From Dendrobates tinctorius (lineage: Eukaryota): DNA of 64,000 bases. Below are positions 13,609 through 25,094 of this stretch, piece by piece (position 1 is the first letter of the stretch; every line of letters starts with the position of its first letter). The stretch covers positions 10,416,001 to 10,480,000 of the forward strand of contig NW_027361831.1 in assembly GCF_039654945.1 (NCBI RefSeq). The letters run 5' to 3'. The notes below the pieces were generated by a model. That model did no database searches. It had not been told where the DNA came from and worked only from the letters and a program-made list of their open reading frames with translations. The position numbers and the translations under genes were made by a program.

Positions 13609-13884
13609 TCACACTAATAGTCTCCGTGAGAGTAGCTAAGGTGTCCATGTGCATGTATTTCTGAACTTGCCACTCATTCACAATACTGAATTAATAAGGA
13701 TGTTGGATGTTTTTTCAATCTTGCTTCCATTTTTTCAGCACATAGTTAACATGTTTGTACAGTATATTGTTCCAGTGATTTCCATAATATCACAGCTTTT
13801 ATTCTTAGTGTTGCAATTTCAATGTTGAGGAATGTATTAGGCTTGTTTTCTCAAGCATTCAGAACCCACCATATAACTATGGAG

Positions 13885-15505
13885 GTAGGAAAGCATTCAG
13901 ATCACTTTCATTTTTTTCACTCTTTGTTTCATTGCAGCCATTTGGTAAATTCAAAAAAGTTCATTTTTTTCTCATTAATGTACATGTGGCGCCCCTGAGG
14001 GTTCAGTTGCCACAGAGGTACTGCACCTTCTCCTGAGGTGTGGTGCCCCACCATCCAGGTAGGTTGGAGGCTCCTGACCACGCTCCAACACTTGCATCCC
14101 ACACAACACAGTAGTTCAGCAAAGCCACATTGCGGCTCCCTGCTTGGAGTGTAGCAGAGCACCTTTGGTGGCTCCCTGCTTGGAACACGAAACGTGCTGG
14201 GAGGCGGGTGGAGTTGGAATACATAAAAGAGCGGGAAGGTTTAGAATTTCAGTCAGGCAGTCAGTCAGTGAGGGGTGAGGAGAGAAGATCCCTGGGAGAG
14301 GGATGGAGGAAGGAGGTGCCGCAGCAGATCTCAGTGACCTGGGTCTGCTGGCACGGGAAAGGAAAGGAGAAAGACATTGAACAGAAACCTGATCTTCCAT
14401 AAGAAGGAAAGACTAGTACAGAACGTAGGAGTAAAAGGGAACACAGGACGTGGGTTAGGAGAGAACCCTGCCTAGAAGTTTCAAGCGCAAGGCCGGGGCC
14501 CGGTCCCCAAGGTTGTATGGACACTAATGGTCCTGCAGCAGACACCGGAGAAGTAGTGGGCTGTAAATGCACTACTCCCAACTCAGACTTGGGGGCACAA
14601 CAGCAACTTTGATAGTGAGCCGGGACTCAGGAGCAAGGAGTCCCCGAAGCAGGCTACAGCTGTCTGCCGTACAAGGAAAGTTCTTGGGAACATCTGCCAG
14701 GAGGAACTCCAGTGTAACTCAGTACTTCACTTAAAGGTGCTATAAGAGGAGACGTTCAGAAAGGCACATGTTGGCGGAGTGTTGGAAGGGAGCATTCCAT
14801 CTGACCTGGAGGTTGACTGAGTCCCTGATCCGGGGGGACACAGCACAGAAGCAGGCACCTGTGTTTGCTACAGACTGTGAGTAAAGCTTTGGAACTACAA
14901 GGCCTCGTGTCCTCCATTTATTCCTGCGCCAACACACCCTGTACCACTACATCTGGGTACCAGCTTCTACACCGCCTGTGCCTCTCCTCTACCCCTACAT
15001 CTACACTGCCCTGGGACTACAGCTCCACCTGTGGGGAGCTTCACCATCTTGGCTGCAACACACCACCAGTCCCAGAGGATCTGCATGCAGCGTCGGTTTA
15101 ACATCTCACTTGCCGAACACCACAGGTGGCGTCACGAACTATTCATTCCATTAACCACATTCCACCATTCGATCTCCCCTATTACTTGGGCACCCAGGGC
15201 CACGGACCGGGTCACTGCTGCTGTGACACATCCCGCTGATACCGGCCCGGTACCGAGTACCCCACAGCCCTGGGAGGGCGACCCATACACTCTGCACCCC
15301 ATCTTGACTGAAAAAATCAGAAATGTAGAAATTTTTGCAAATTTATTAAAAAAGAAAAACTGAAATATCACATGGTCATTAGTATTCAGACCCTTTGCTC
15401 AGTATTGAGTAGAAGCACCCTCTTGAGCTAGTACAGCCATGAGTCTTCTTGGGAATGATGCAACAAGTTTTCCACACCTGGATTTGGGGATCCTCCGCCA
15501 TTCTC
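13885..15505. mobile_element. Tc1 terminal fragment interrupted by a solo LTR
   Basis: aaagcattcagatc... and agtattcagacccttt IR/DR motifs; the sequence rejoins as aatgtaca|ctctg once the LTR is removed. Confidence 0.7.
13985..15285. mobile_element. Solo LTR (Gypsy-like), 1301 bp
   Basis: TG...CA ends (TGTGGCGCCC / GGGCGACCCA) and 4-bp TSD TACA (13981-84, 15286-89). Confidence 0.8.
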
Positions 15506-15620
15506 TCTGCCATGAGAGAAGCAGAAGAGAAAGCTGGTGGTATGTGATTGTTTCTATGCAATTAGCATATGGACCAGTAATGTAATGAGCTCAGAGAGTG
15601 TGAAAACAGCCAAATCCCAA

Positions 15621-15815
15621 GACCATTTGCACATGTTGAGTATTTGGTGAATTTTTTTTTGTCTCAGTACTTATAATACAAAGCCAGGAGTGGGTGATAA
15701 ATACAGAAGTTTTGACGTGTTTCTATTATACTTTTCTCTGATTGTTCCACTCCTGGTTTTGGCTGACAAATACTGAGGTAAAAAACTCACCAAATACTGA
15801 ACGTGTGAATGTGGC
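15621..15815. mobile_element. Short palindromic MITE
   Basis: Inverted arms agtatttggtga/tcaccaaatact and agccaggagtgg/ccactcctggtt. Confidence 0.65.
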
Positions 15816-16272
15816 TTAATATTAGGTAATGTACTGTTAGGAGGCAGAGTGAAATCCTACAACTGTACTGGACACCTCACTAAGGCTGCGTTCACACGAT
15901 CAGTTATTTTCGCGTTTCCGCGGCGGTATTTACCGCACGTTTCTGCCGCGAAATCGCAAAAAATAAGCATCCCATGCAATCCTATGGGATTCCGCTTTGT
16001 TGTGCTAATGCTGCGTTTTTTTCCGCGGCGGAATCGCATCGCGGAAAAAAACGCAGCATGCTCATTAATTTTGCGGATCCGCGGCGATCCCGGCCCCATA
16101 GGGTTGTATGGGATCGCATATAAACCGCATTTTTACATAAAACCAGCATATTTTTCGCGGTAAATACCGCATGCGGCCAGGAAATGTCATCTAGCCCATC
16201 CCATCATGCCATGCAAGGACCATCCCATACAGGAAGAAGGAAATCCCATAATCCTTTCCTTCTTCCTGTATC

Positions 16273-17175
16273 ATGGCTGGCACTGCAGGCATGGAGTGGT
16301 ACGACCGGATGGAGCTGAATGTCCCCTTCATGATAAGCGTGGTGAGTGTGTGTGCGTGGTGTCTGTGTATGTGTCAGTGTGTGGTGTATATGGCGTGGAT
16401 GTGGTCTATGGGGCGTCTGTGACCGCTGCTGAGCCTGCTCTCTGGCATAGGCCGATAGGACTACTAGTCCCATCGGCCTATGTCTGTTCCCATACAGTAG
16501 TGCCAGCAGGCTCAGCGCGATGGGAGCAGTATTTCCCATTGCGCCGTTCCTGCTGTGAATATTTTTTTATTTTCCCTGTCCCCCGCCAATATTTAATTTT
16601 AGGGCCCCCATTAATGCGCCTTTTTAATTCCTGCCTCCCCCCCATATATATATTTATTTATCATTTTTTCCCCCATCAGCCTTTATTTATTTTTTTTTTT
16701 AAAGTGTCAAATAATTTTTTTTCATTGGTGGCCAGTGGTTACCTGTGGAAAAAAATTATAATTACCTGTCCCCGACGTCGCCACCTAAAAAAAAAAATAA
16801 AAATAAAAAACCCATACTCACCTCTTCTGCTAATTCCCCGAAGACCATGCTCAACCTAAATAAAATTGTAAAAAAACAAACCACAAAAATACCTACCCTC
16901 CGCAGCATCCCATAAAAACGAGTGTCCCACGAAGATCTAAAGTTTAGAGCAGCCACATAACATGTGGCCGCTCTAAACTCCCGACGCCGCTACAATGAGC
17001 AGGGCCGTAAAGCGCCCCGGCTCATTGTTTACCGACTTCACCCGAAGTCAGCTCGCGCTGCTCGGGTGAACTCGGGCGGTCCGGTCTGCGCATGCGCAGA
17101 CTACCATGCTGTCCTGAGATGAACTCAGGACTGTGGGAAAATTTCTCACACTCCTGGGCTGATCTCAGGTCAGCA

Positions 17176-17210
<35 letters not shown>

Positions 17211-17913
17211 CCCCTCTTTCTTCAATGGATGGATTGGGCGAGAAATAAACAATGGTCAAAAACAAGTTGTCTTATTTTCAATAAAAATGTTTAAAAATAT
17301 TGTCTGTGTTAATTTTTTTAACCCTTCATTAATATATGGTTAATGGATCGGCGTCTGATTGACGCCTATCTGTTATTAACCCGGCTTAATGTCACATTCC
17401 AATTGCAATGTGACATTAACCCCTTATTACCCCATATGCCCCTGCATGATGGCTGTGGGAAGAGAGAGGGTTAAGTGCCATAAAAGGCGCATCTTACAGA
17501 TGTGCCCTTTAATGGGGTGTCTGTCGGCAGATTTTTGTAGCCGGGGGGGGCCAAAAAAATGGTCCCTTCTTAGGCTATTTAAATCTGCCGTCACTCACCT
17601 GCTTTTCCCTCTCTGGTGTCTAAAATTGCGCGGGAGCCCATGCCAAATTTTTTCTTGATTATACACCGAAATTGAACCCCTAAATTAGAAAAAAAACATT
17701 TAACACCATTAATAAACAACATAACATTGATGACTTCATGTCAACCATATTTTTAATTTTGTGTATATATTTTAAAATCAAGGGTCAGGCATTGGATTCG
17801 GTGTTAAATAAAAAAATATATTGTTTCTAGGGTTGCATTTCGTGCGCGTCCATGCACATGCGTTCTGCATCCCTATGTTTAATTTTTTTCAGCATGGTGT
17901 TGCGCACATACCA

Positions 17914-17945
<32 letters not shown>

Positions 17946-20104
17946 GGTTTTTGAACAGTGCGCCATGGCACAGCGTACGCAAACGGTATTATTTTTCCTC
18001 CGCCTCACCTGTGTTTTTTTTAAAAAAAAAAAAGGTCATTTGTGCGGCAAGAACACGCTGTAGCGTGGATTGCCATGCGCACGTCAGCTTTTTTAGTATC
18101 ATGCCTGAACATGGTTATAGAATAGTATTAACTCATGCGTCTATAATAAAAAATCAAAGGCGCTACTGTGAAACTCGCCTTAGCCATGGAGAATTGGTGT
18201 GGTGTTTGGGAAAGCGTATAAGGCCTTCCTTGCCGTATCTTTTGTTACACAGGTGTCATACAGAGAGTGTGGGGTTTGTCATTGTGTTAGGCCTAGGTGT
18301 GGATATATATCTCTACATGTGTTGACCAAATTATAGAGATAAAACGGACTTTTGTATTTCACATTACTTTGAAATAACACGTATTAACACGGAATTTTCA
18401 CTTTCCAGATAGAGAAACATCCTGAAGTGTGGGACCGCGCCAGCGAGGCATACAAAGGAACATACAATAAAAGGGATGCTTGGCCAGCAATTGTGACGGA
18501 AATATATCCGCAGTGGCCTGACCTGCCAAGAGCTGGGAAAAAACAGATTAGTAAGTTAGTATTATGAGTACTAAGTTGGCCTGTAATTTTTGAAATTAAA
18601 GTAATGTTTTTATTTGATTTCATTGCAGTGGATGATGTTAAAAATCGTTGGCGCTCCATAACAGACAGGCTGGTAAAGTCTATGAAAACACCAAGCGGAA
18701 GTTCACCTCCTAGAAAGAAGGTTCCATTTGCAGATCTGCTGCAGTTTGTTTTAACCAGCAGGAATTTGCGGAGGTACATTGCGCTTTGATAACTGGGGTT
18801 GTATATGGCTGTTGTCAAAACAATGGATATACGCTGCCTCTAGATGATGACTGGACATTTGTAGTTGTTGTCGTAGGGCGGTGTGTCTCTTTGACAAAAC
18901 AATGGGGGAATATTGATTTTTGGTAAGCGGAAGTTGAGACTCTGTTGAAAATAGACAAATGAAAACGTAAAAAAAATTAAAAAGTAGCACAAAGGTACAA
19001 AATGGCCACATAAGATGGTAAAGATATAATGATCCTTGTTTTGGCTCCAAAATGCTCCATAGATTCTTCCCAAATATGCTAGGCCATAGACTATGTCCCC
19101 ATATGCTGCTACCCATCTTTGATCACTTGCTTATATTCCGGGAGGTATACTTGATGCTCCAAAAAAGACCCTAAAATCGCATGTCATTCCCGAGTGTATC
19201 CATGATTTATTTATATATATTTATATTTCTGCTCAGTTATAAAGTTTGACTCTTGTTTTTTGGTGTATAATAATTTAGTTGTTCTTCCTTCTACAGAACG
19301 GATGGAAATATCAGTCCCGGGACGTCAATGGACACTGAACAGAACAGCCCGGAACAGGGTCTGGCCGAGGAGGTGCAGGACATGTCTTCCTCTCCAGGTC
19401 CTCCGAATGACAGGCCCTCTTCAGCCATTTCCTCCACAGCATCCGAACCTTCTGGTTGTGATTCCTGTTTGGACACCAGTGTGTCCTCTGTCGTGGAGGA
19501 GGCGTCTGGCTCCACTGTTAACGCTACTGCATCTGCCGCTAGCAGTACCCCAGGTGGTGGTGTGTCAAGGCGCACTTGGATACGGGCAGGTTCTGGCCGT
19601 CCCGTGTCATCGACAAGGGCAGGCCAAAAAAAAGGGACAACAACTGAGACTTCCGCTAGTGCAATTCAACAACTCACTAGCAGAATCCTCAGTCTTATAG
19701 ATAATGTCAGATATCAAGATGAACTAGACACTTTTGGGGTAAACATAGCCAGCCGCCTGAGGTCCATGACACGGGACCGTCAGAATTTAATAATGTCAGC
19801 TGTACATGTACTTATTATGTCTGTTGACACAGCATCAATTCCACCACCTTCCAATGACATAATCACTGGGATTATGAACCTTTGTAATCCCCGCAGTGTG
19901 CCACCACCACCACCAGCAGCAGATGCATCGCAGCGGTTTGGGCCCGCGCCATCCTTTCGTCCGGAACATCCAGATTCATTGGTTTATGGCCGCCCAAATC
20001 CATCACAAACTGTTGGACAACATGGAAACTCTCCAATGAGTCAGGTGTTGTCTCAAAATCTATACCCCTCGTATAGCTACGATCCAGACTACCAACAATT
20101 TTGA
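16273..20104 (+). CDS. Harbinger Myb/SANT (MADF) DNA-binding protein, 387 aa; exons 16273-16341, 18409-18550, 18629-18773, 19297-20104
   Basis: GT-AG introns in phases 0, 1 and 2 give an uninterrupted ORF: MELNVPFMISV|IEKHPEVWDRASEAY...RDAW...|MDDVKNRWRSITDR...|...DELDTFGVNIASRLRSM (BESS-like). Confidence 0.88.
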
Positions 20105-20854
20105 TGCTTGGTTAATCAATAAGTAATTAGTCTGGTCCAAAAACCTCCGTAGCCACCAGACACCTTGCCTGTCCTGTTGACAGGGTTACATTATTCCGAC
20201 AATGTTTGTCGTTATGTTGTAGTATGTTTCATACTGTTTTTTTACTTGTGGTTTATACAAGTTTGTTACTGTTTATATAAAAAATAATGGTTTCAAGACT
20301 CTGTGTGTGTGTATAAATATATTTTCAGTGCAAAAGACTACTCACTGTAATGAAGCAATAAACACTTGCATTTAGATGAGTCCTCTCCTCTACTAGATTG
20401 CCCAACGTGACATACTTTGTTTTTTAATTATACCACAAAAACAGTTGAAATTTTTGGTTAGTCATTCATACACCCACAACGGACAACGCAAACTTCAACA
20501 AAATCAGCTGTGGACCTAAACTCTACTCACAACACGCTGCATCCTCACTACTATTGGAGCTAACAGCTCAACCAACCACCGTACTGCTGTGACACCCCAA
20601 ACTACTGCCTCCTTTGTGTACTGTAGTGATATTTGGTATGTTACCCCTTGTAAAGTAACGCACCATGGGCTATATGTTTAAATTAAAAGCAATTATAGTA
20701 TATATGTTCTGAAAATTGAGTGTAGTGGAAAATGGTGGTGTGTAAAGAATCGATTTTCACAGAGGCAAGATTACTGTTTAACAACCGAAAATTTTATTAA
20801 TTTTTAACATTTTGGCAAAAAATTTTGATCAACATAGAACTCGGTTGCTTGGGA

Positions 20855-23583
20855 TCAATCATCATTTCTTCTCTCATGTACAGGCTGATCAACACCAGCA
20901 CTGGAGTATTGCCAGTGCACGGCACCTTCAGGACTCATGAAGTAGTCTGTGAAGGTTTCTCACACACGCACCCCCGAGTTAGAAAGCCTTCCATGACCCG
21001 AGGTTTCGACTGCAACTAATTCAGACACCTGTGACTCCTCATCTACCTCTGTTCTGTATTCTTGAAGGTAGTTGTGGAGTACACAGCACGCCTTAATTAC
21101 AGTGTCAACAGTGTCAGTCTCTAACTGGATGGCTGTGTGAAAGATACGCCACTGACTACACATGATCCCAAAGGCGCATTCCACATATCTTCGTGCACGG
21201 CTCAGCCGATAATTAAAAATCCTCCGCCGGTCATCCAGTGTCCTTCGTGGGTATGGGCGCATCAGGTTGGTCTTTAAGGGAAAGGCCTCATCCGATACCA
21301 TCACAAAGGGCACTGGAATTGTGGAACCTGGCAAAGGTCTTGGGGCTGGAAGCGTTCCGCCATGTTGAAGAATTTGCAGTCCGATCTGAGATGATCGCAA
21401 AACCCGAGAGTCCCCAGTACTGCCATAGGCACCAACGTCGATGGCAACAAATTTGTAATGTGCATCAGCCACCGCCATCAGGACCACTGAAAAATACTTC
21501 TTATAATTAAAGAAGCGTGAGCCCGATCGTGGTGGCTTCTGCACTCTCACATGTTTACCATCAACTGCACCAATGCAGTTTGGGAAATTGGCCACAGACT
21601 GAAAGCCAGCTGCGACCTGCAACCAAGTCTCCACGGTCGGCGATGGCATGACGATGGGCTGCAACTTCCGCCAGATGACGGCACATGTGCACCTCACAAT
21701 TTAAGAGATGGTGGATTTACCAACCCTAAATTGGAGGTGCAGTGATGTGTAGCTCTCTCCTGTGGCCAAAAACCTGGAAAAAAAACAAAGAAAAACATGT
21801 TTCATTGGGATCTTAGGGGTTAAATGTGTATCCAAAAAAAATATATATATTACCGCAAGGTGATGAGCAGCCTTTCCTCAGCAGAGATGGGTCTTCTCAT
21901 GACTGTTTCTTGATAATTTAACTCGGGGGAAAGAAGGTCGAGTAGGCGATCAAATGCTGGTATTGTCAGCCGGCAGAAGTTGACAAATTTTTCTGGATAC
22001 CTGAAACAGGAAACAAAATAAAAGGTAATTATTGAACATGATTTGAACAAAAAACCAAAAAATTAACATTATATTTGTTGGTCAATGAGTCCAAAAAACA
22101 TAAGTTGCCCTACTATATCTTACTTTCTTAAATCCTGGTAAAGAAGATTGAAGTGGCCCTTGTCCTCACGCTCTTGAACTATTGGGTGGACCCACATTCT
22201 TTTGGGAGCTGTCCTCCTGTTCCTCACCCTTGTACGACATCGCTCCTATGGGAGAATTTAATGTGAGTCCCAAAAACATCTAAATGATCTGATAAGAACT
22301 ATACAGACATTAAGGCCGGGGTCACACTGGCGAGGAATACGGGAGAGTGAGAGGCGCAAAAAGCACGCATTAGACACGGACAAATGACTCTCTATGGGGT
22401 CACTCGGACCAGCCGTATATTTCTCCTCCGTATCCTCCGCTCCGTGCCACTCGCAGCATGCTGCGATTGTCAGCGTACTACGCCCGTAATACGCCAATGC
22501 AAGTCTATGGGTGCGCAAAAAATACGGATTACACACGGACCACACATGTGACTTGCGAGAAATACGCACCCGGTGTCTTTTAGCAAAGCCGGCAATTCAG
22601 TGCGCTATACAGTAAACTCACACTGACAGGTTTAATAAAGAAACAAAAGAATAGATATATACACATAGAATACATATATATATACACATTCTATGTGTCT
22701 ATATCTATTCTTTGGTTTCTGTTAGAAACCCTGTCATAGGGCTCCATTATATGTCCATTTTGCAAGCCTGTGAGAAAATCTCACCATACGGATGCCATAC
22801 GGATTACATACGGATGCTTACATGCGCAAAATACGCAACCACACCTTGATTACGGATGACATACGGAGCACTATTTAGTGGTGATTCATCCGTATTACGC
22901 ATGTAAAATACTGACCGTATTTTGCGCTGGTTAGTGTGACTCCAGCCTAATGCTAATTTGCAGCATTTTTTATTTTGGCGCATTGTGTTACCAAAAAACC
23001 AATGTAATATATAACTAGTTGCACATGCTTGCATTTTGTAAGCGCACTAACAATCTAGTGGTAAAACACAGTTTATACAATTCTGTCGTCAAAAAATGCA
23101 TGCGCACTATAACGCAAAACAACACATGTACATCGAGGAACAGCAAACAAGTGCGTTCACCAACGCAACCAAAAGATGGCAAGCAGCGTTCAAGGGTGCA
23201 TCATTATCGCCTACTTGATAAAACATTGCGATTTGTACATGCCTTATGATGCATTTTCATTGCGGGCAATGGCGGACTAAGGCATCCTTAACATATTGCC
23301 ACTATGTAACGTATCCAGCAGAAAATTGCCCCTAATGCAATGTGAACCCTGTGAGTGCACCCGAAAGAGAAATGCATATTAAACACAGGAAAAGTCAAGA
23401 ACATGTGCACGCCATGCGCATAGACGCGGACAATGACACGATAGATGCGGTACGTGAAAAAAAAAAATAATGTGAATCCAGCATTACCTGCTCATTAATG
23501 TGGTGGTGCAGCAAAATCAATGTTGTAAGATGCAAAATAAGCGCAATTTCTGGGGTAGAACACAGGCTCTGCAATGGAGGCAT
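20855..23583 (-). pseudogene. Harbinger DDE transposase; exons 23583-23488, 22245-22124, 22000-21854, 21773-20855; two nonsense codons
   Basis: RMWVHPIV, ISAEERLLITLRFLATGESY, FPNCIGAVDGKHV, NYKKYFSVVL, SDEAFPL, FNYRLSRARRYVECAFG. In-frame TAA at 21703-21701 and TGA at 20962-20960; the reading continues ETFTDYFMSPEGAVHWQ to the stop at 20857-20855. Confidence 0.9.
22314..22947. mobile_element. Harbinger-type MITE in transposase intron 1
   Basis: GGCCGGGGTCACACT...AGTGTGACTCCAGCC with TAA on both sides. Confidence 0.85.
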
Positions 23584-25094
23584 CTTGCAATTTGCCAAAA
23601 ACAAGGAGAATAGGGTTTGACCAGGAAATGACTTCATAAAGCCTTTTTTTTTTTTCTCTTCAGTCAACTTTGTTAAAGTAGCAAACGCTGACAAATCGTT
23701 CAAAAAACGCATTAAAAAAAACGCGTGAAAAATGCACAAAAACCGCACCAAAAACGCATACAAACCGCATGGAAAACCGCAAAAAAACCGCGACCGGTTT
23801 CTGGGAGCTGTACCATGCGATTTTTATCAGGAAAAATATGCACAAGAAATGCAACGTGTGCACTTAGCCTAAGAGTAATTTGTCATCTTGAGAAACTATC
23901 TATCTGCTGATAGGTCAATAATTGGTAATTAGTGGTTTAAGCCTGGTTAGTTGGCTTTCTGGAAAAGCGTTAGCTACAGGGAGAAAATTACATTTTCTTC
24001 TCCCTGCTGCCACTTGTTTCCTGTCATAGCATCTGTGCAAGGAGATGTTGCAGTCACCGCTCACTACAAAGTGACAGTACAGTAATAACATCCCTGCACT
24101 TTGATTGTGATGTTTTCCAAGGAGCCCAAGCTGGGCTTCATAGAATGACCAATATGGCAGCAACACATGGCCACCTATCAGCATCTTGCAACTGCGCCAC
24201 AGGGGGCTGATGGGAGCTGGTGAGTGCATGCCACTGTCAGTGATTGAAAAGGGCATTTAAGTACTTAAAACAGCAGCAATCAAGGCAAGCTCTGATCACT
24301 GCTGCTACAGGCAGACGCCGGCTGTGTAGCGCTTCTGACATCTGCCTGGTATGGAGGAGGCTCAGCTCCTGGACCTGCTCCTCACAATCACATCCCTATG
24401 GTGTCATAGCTATGTCAAAATGTGAGATGAAATTTATTTCACTTGTCTGTTCCTAAACTTGGAAATGCAAAAGGAATTCCCTAACATGTGAAACAGTAAT
24501 ATTTTTACACACCACAATGTACTTACATACATTCATCTTACAAAAATACATAAAATTCCAGATACACAAAAACATACAAAGACATGCGCTCACACAGTAC
24601 ACAGACATCAGTACATGAATACAATACATCAACTACCATCAGTACATTGTGCATCAATTGTAATATCAGATCAGACCTACAGCTCTGGCAAAAATTTGTC
24701 TGATTTTTCTCTTTATAGGTATATGTTTGAGCAAAATGTAAACTGTTCTTTTAGTCTACAAACTTCTGACAACATGTCTCCGAATTTCCAAGCAACACAT
24801 TTTTTTTTCTGAAAAGGAGAAATGGTCAAAATTAAAAAAAAAACAAAAAAAAAAACAGTGCTTTCAGACCTCAAATAAAGAAGGGGGCTGGGGAAGGGCA
24901 CAGCCTAGGGGAAGCCCCCCATGACTGCCATGGGTGGGAAGTTTTAGAACTGGTGTTGTGCCAGTTTGAAATAGTTGGCCGGGACGGGGGCCGGGGGAGG
25001 GGTTTAAGGAGGGGGCAGCCTGTATTAGGGAAAAAGTGCGGGAAAAACCGCACTCACCAGCCAGGAGCAGAGGAGAGAAGTCCCACCTGAATCA

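Larger units (their letters stand above)
15884..23869. mobile_element. Full-length PIF/Harbinger DNA transposon (about 8 kb) with two convergent genes
   Basis: TIRs GGCTGCGTTCACACG / CGTGTGCACTTAGCC (12/15 match); TAA TSD at 15881-83 and 23870-72; encodes a MADF protein and a Harbinger transposase. Confidence 0.9.

Noticed and set aside
20960-20962. In-frame TGA in the Harbinger transposase (and in L1-B ORF1 at 41329) as selenocysteine or readthrough
   Set aside because: Arg fits both contexts, so CGA>TGA CpG decay is simpler; the transposase also has a TAA.
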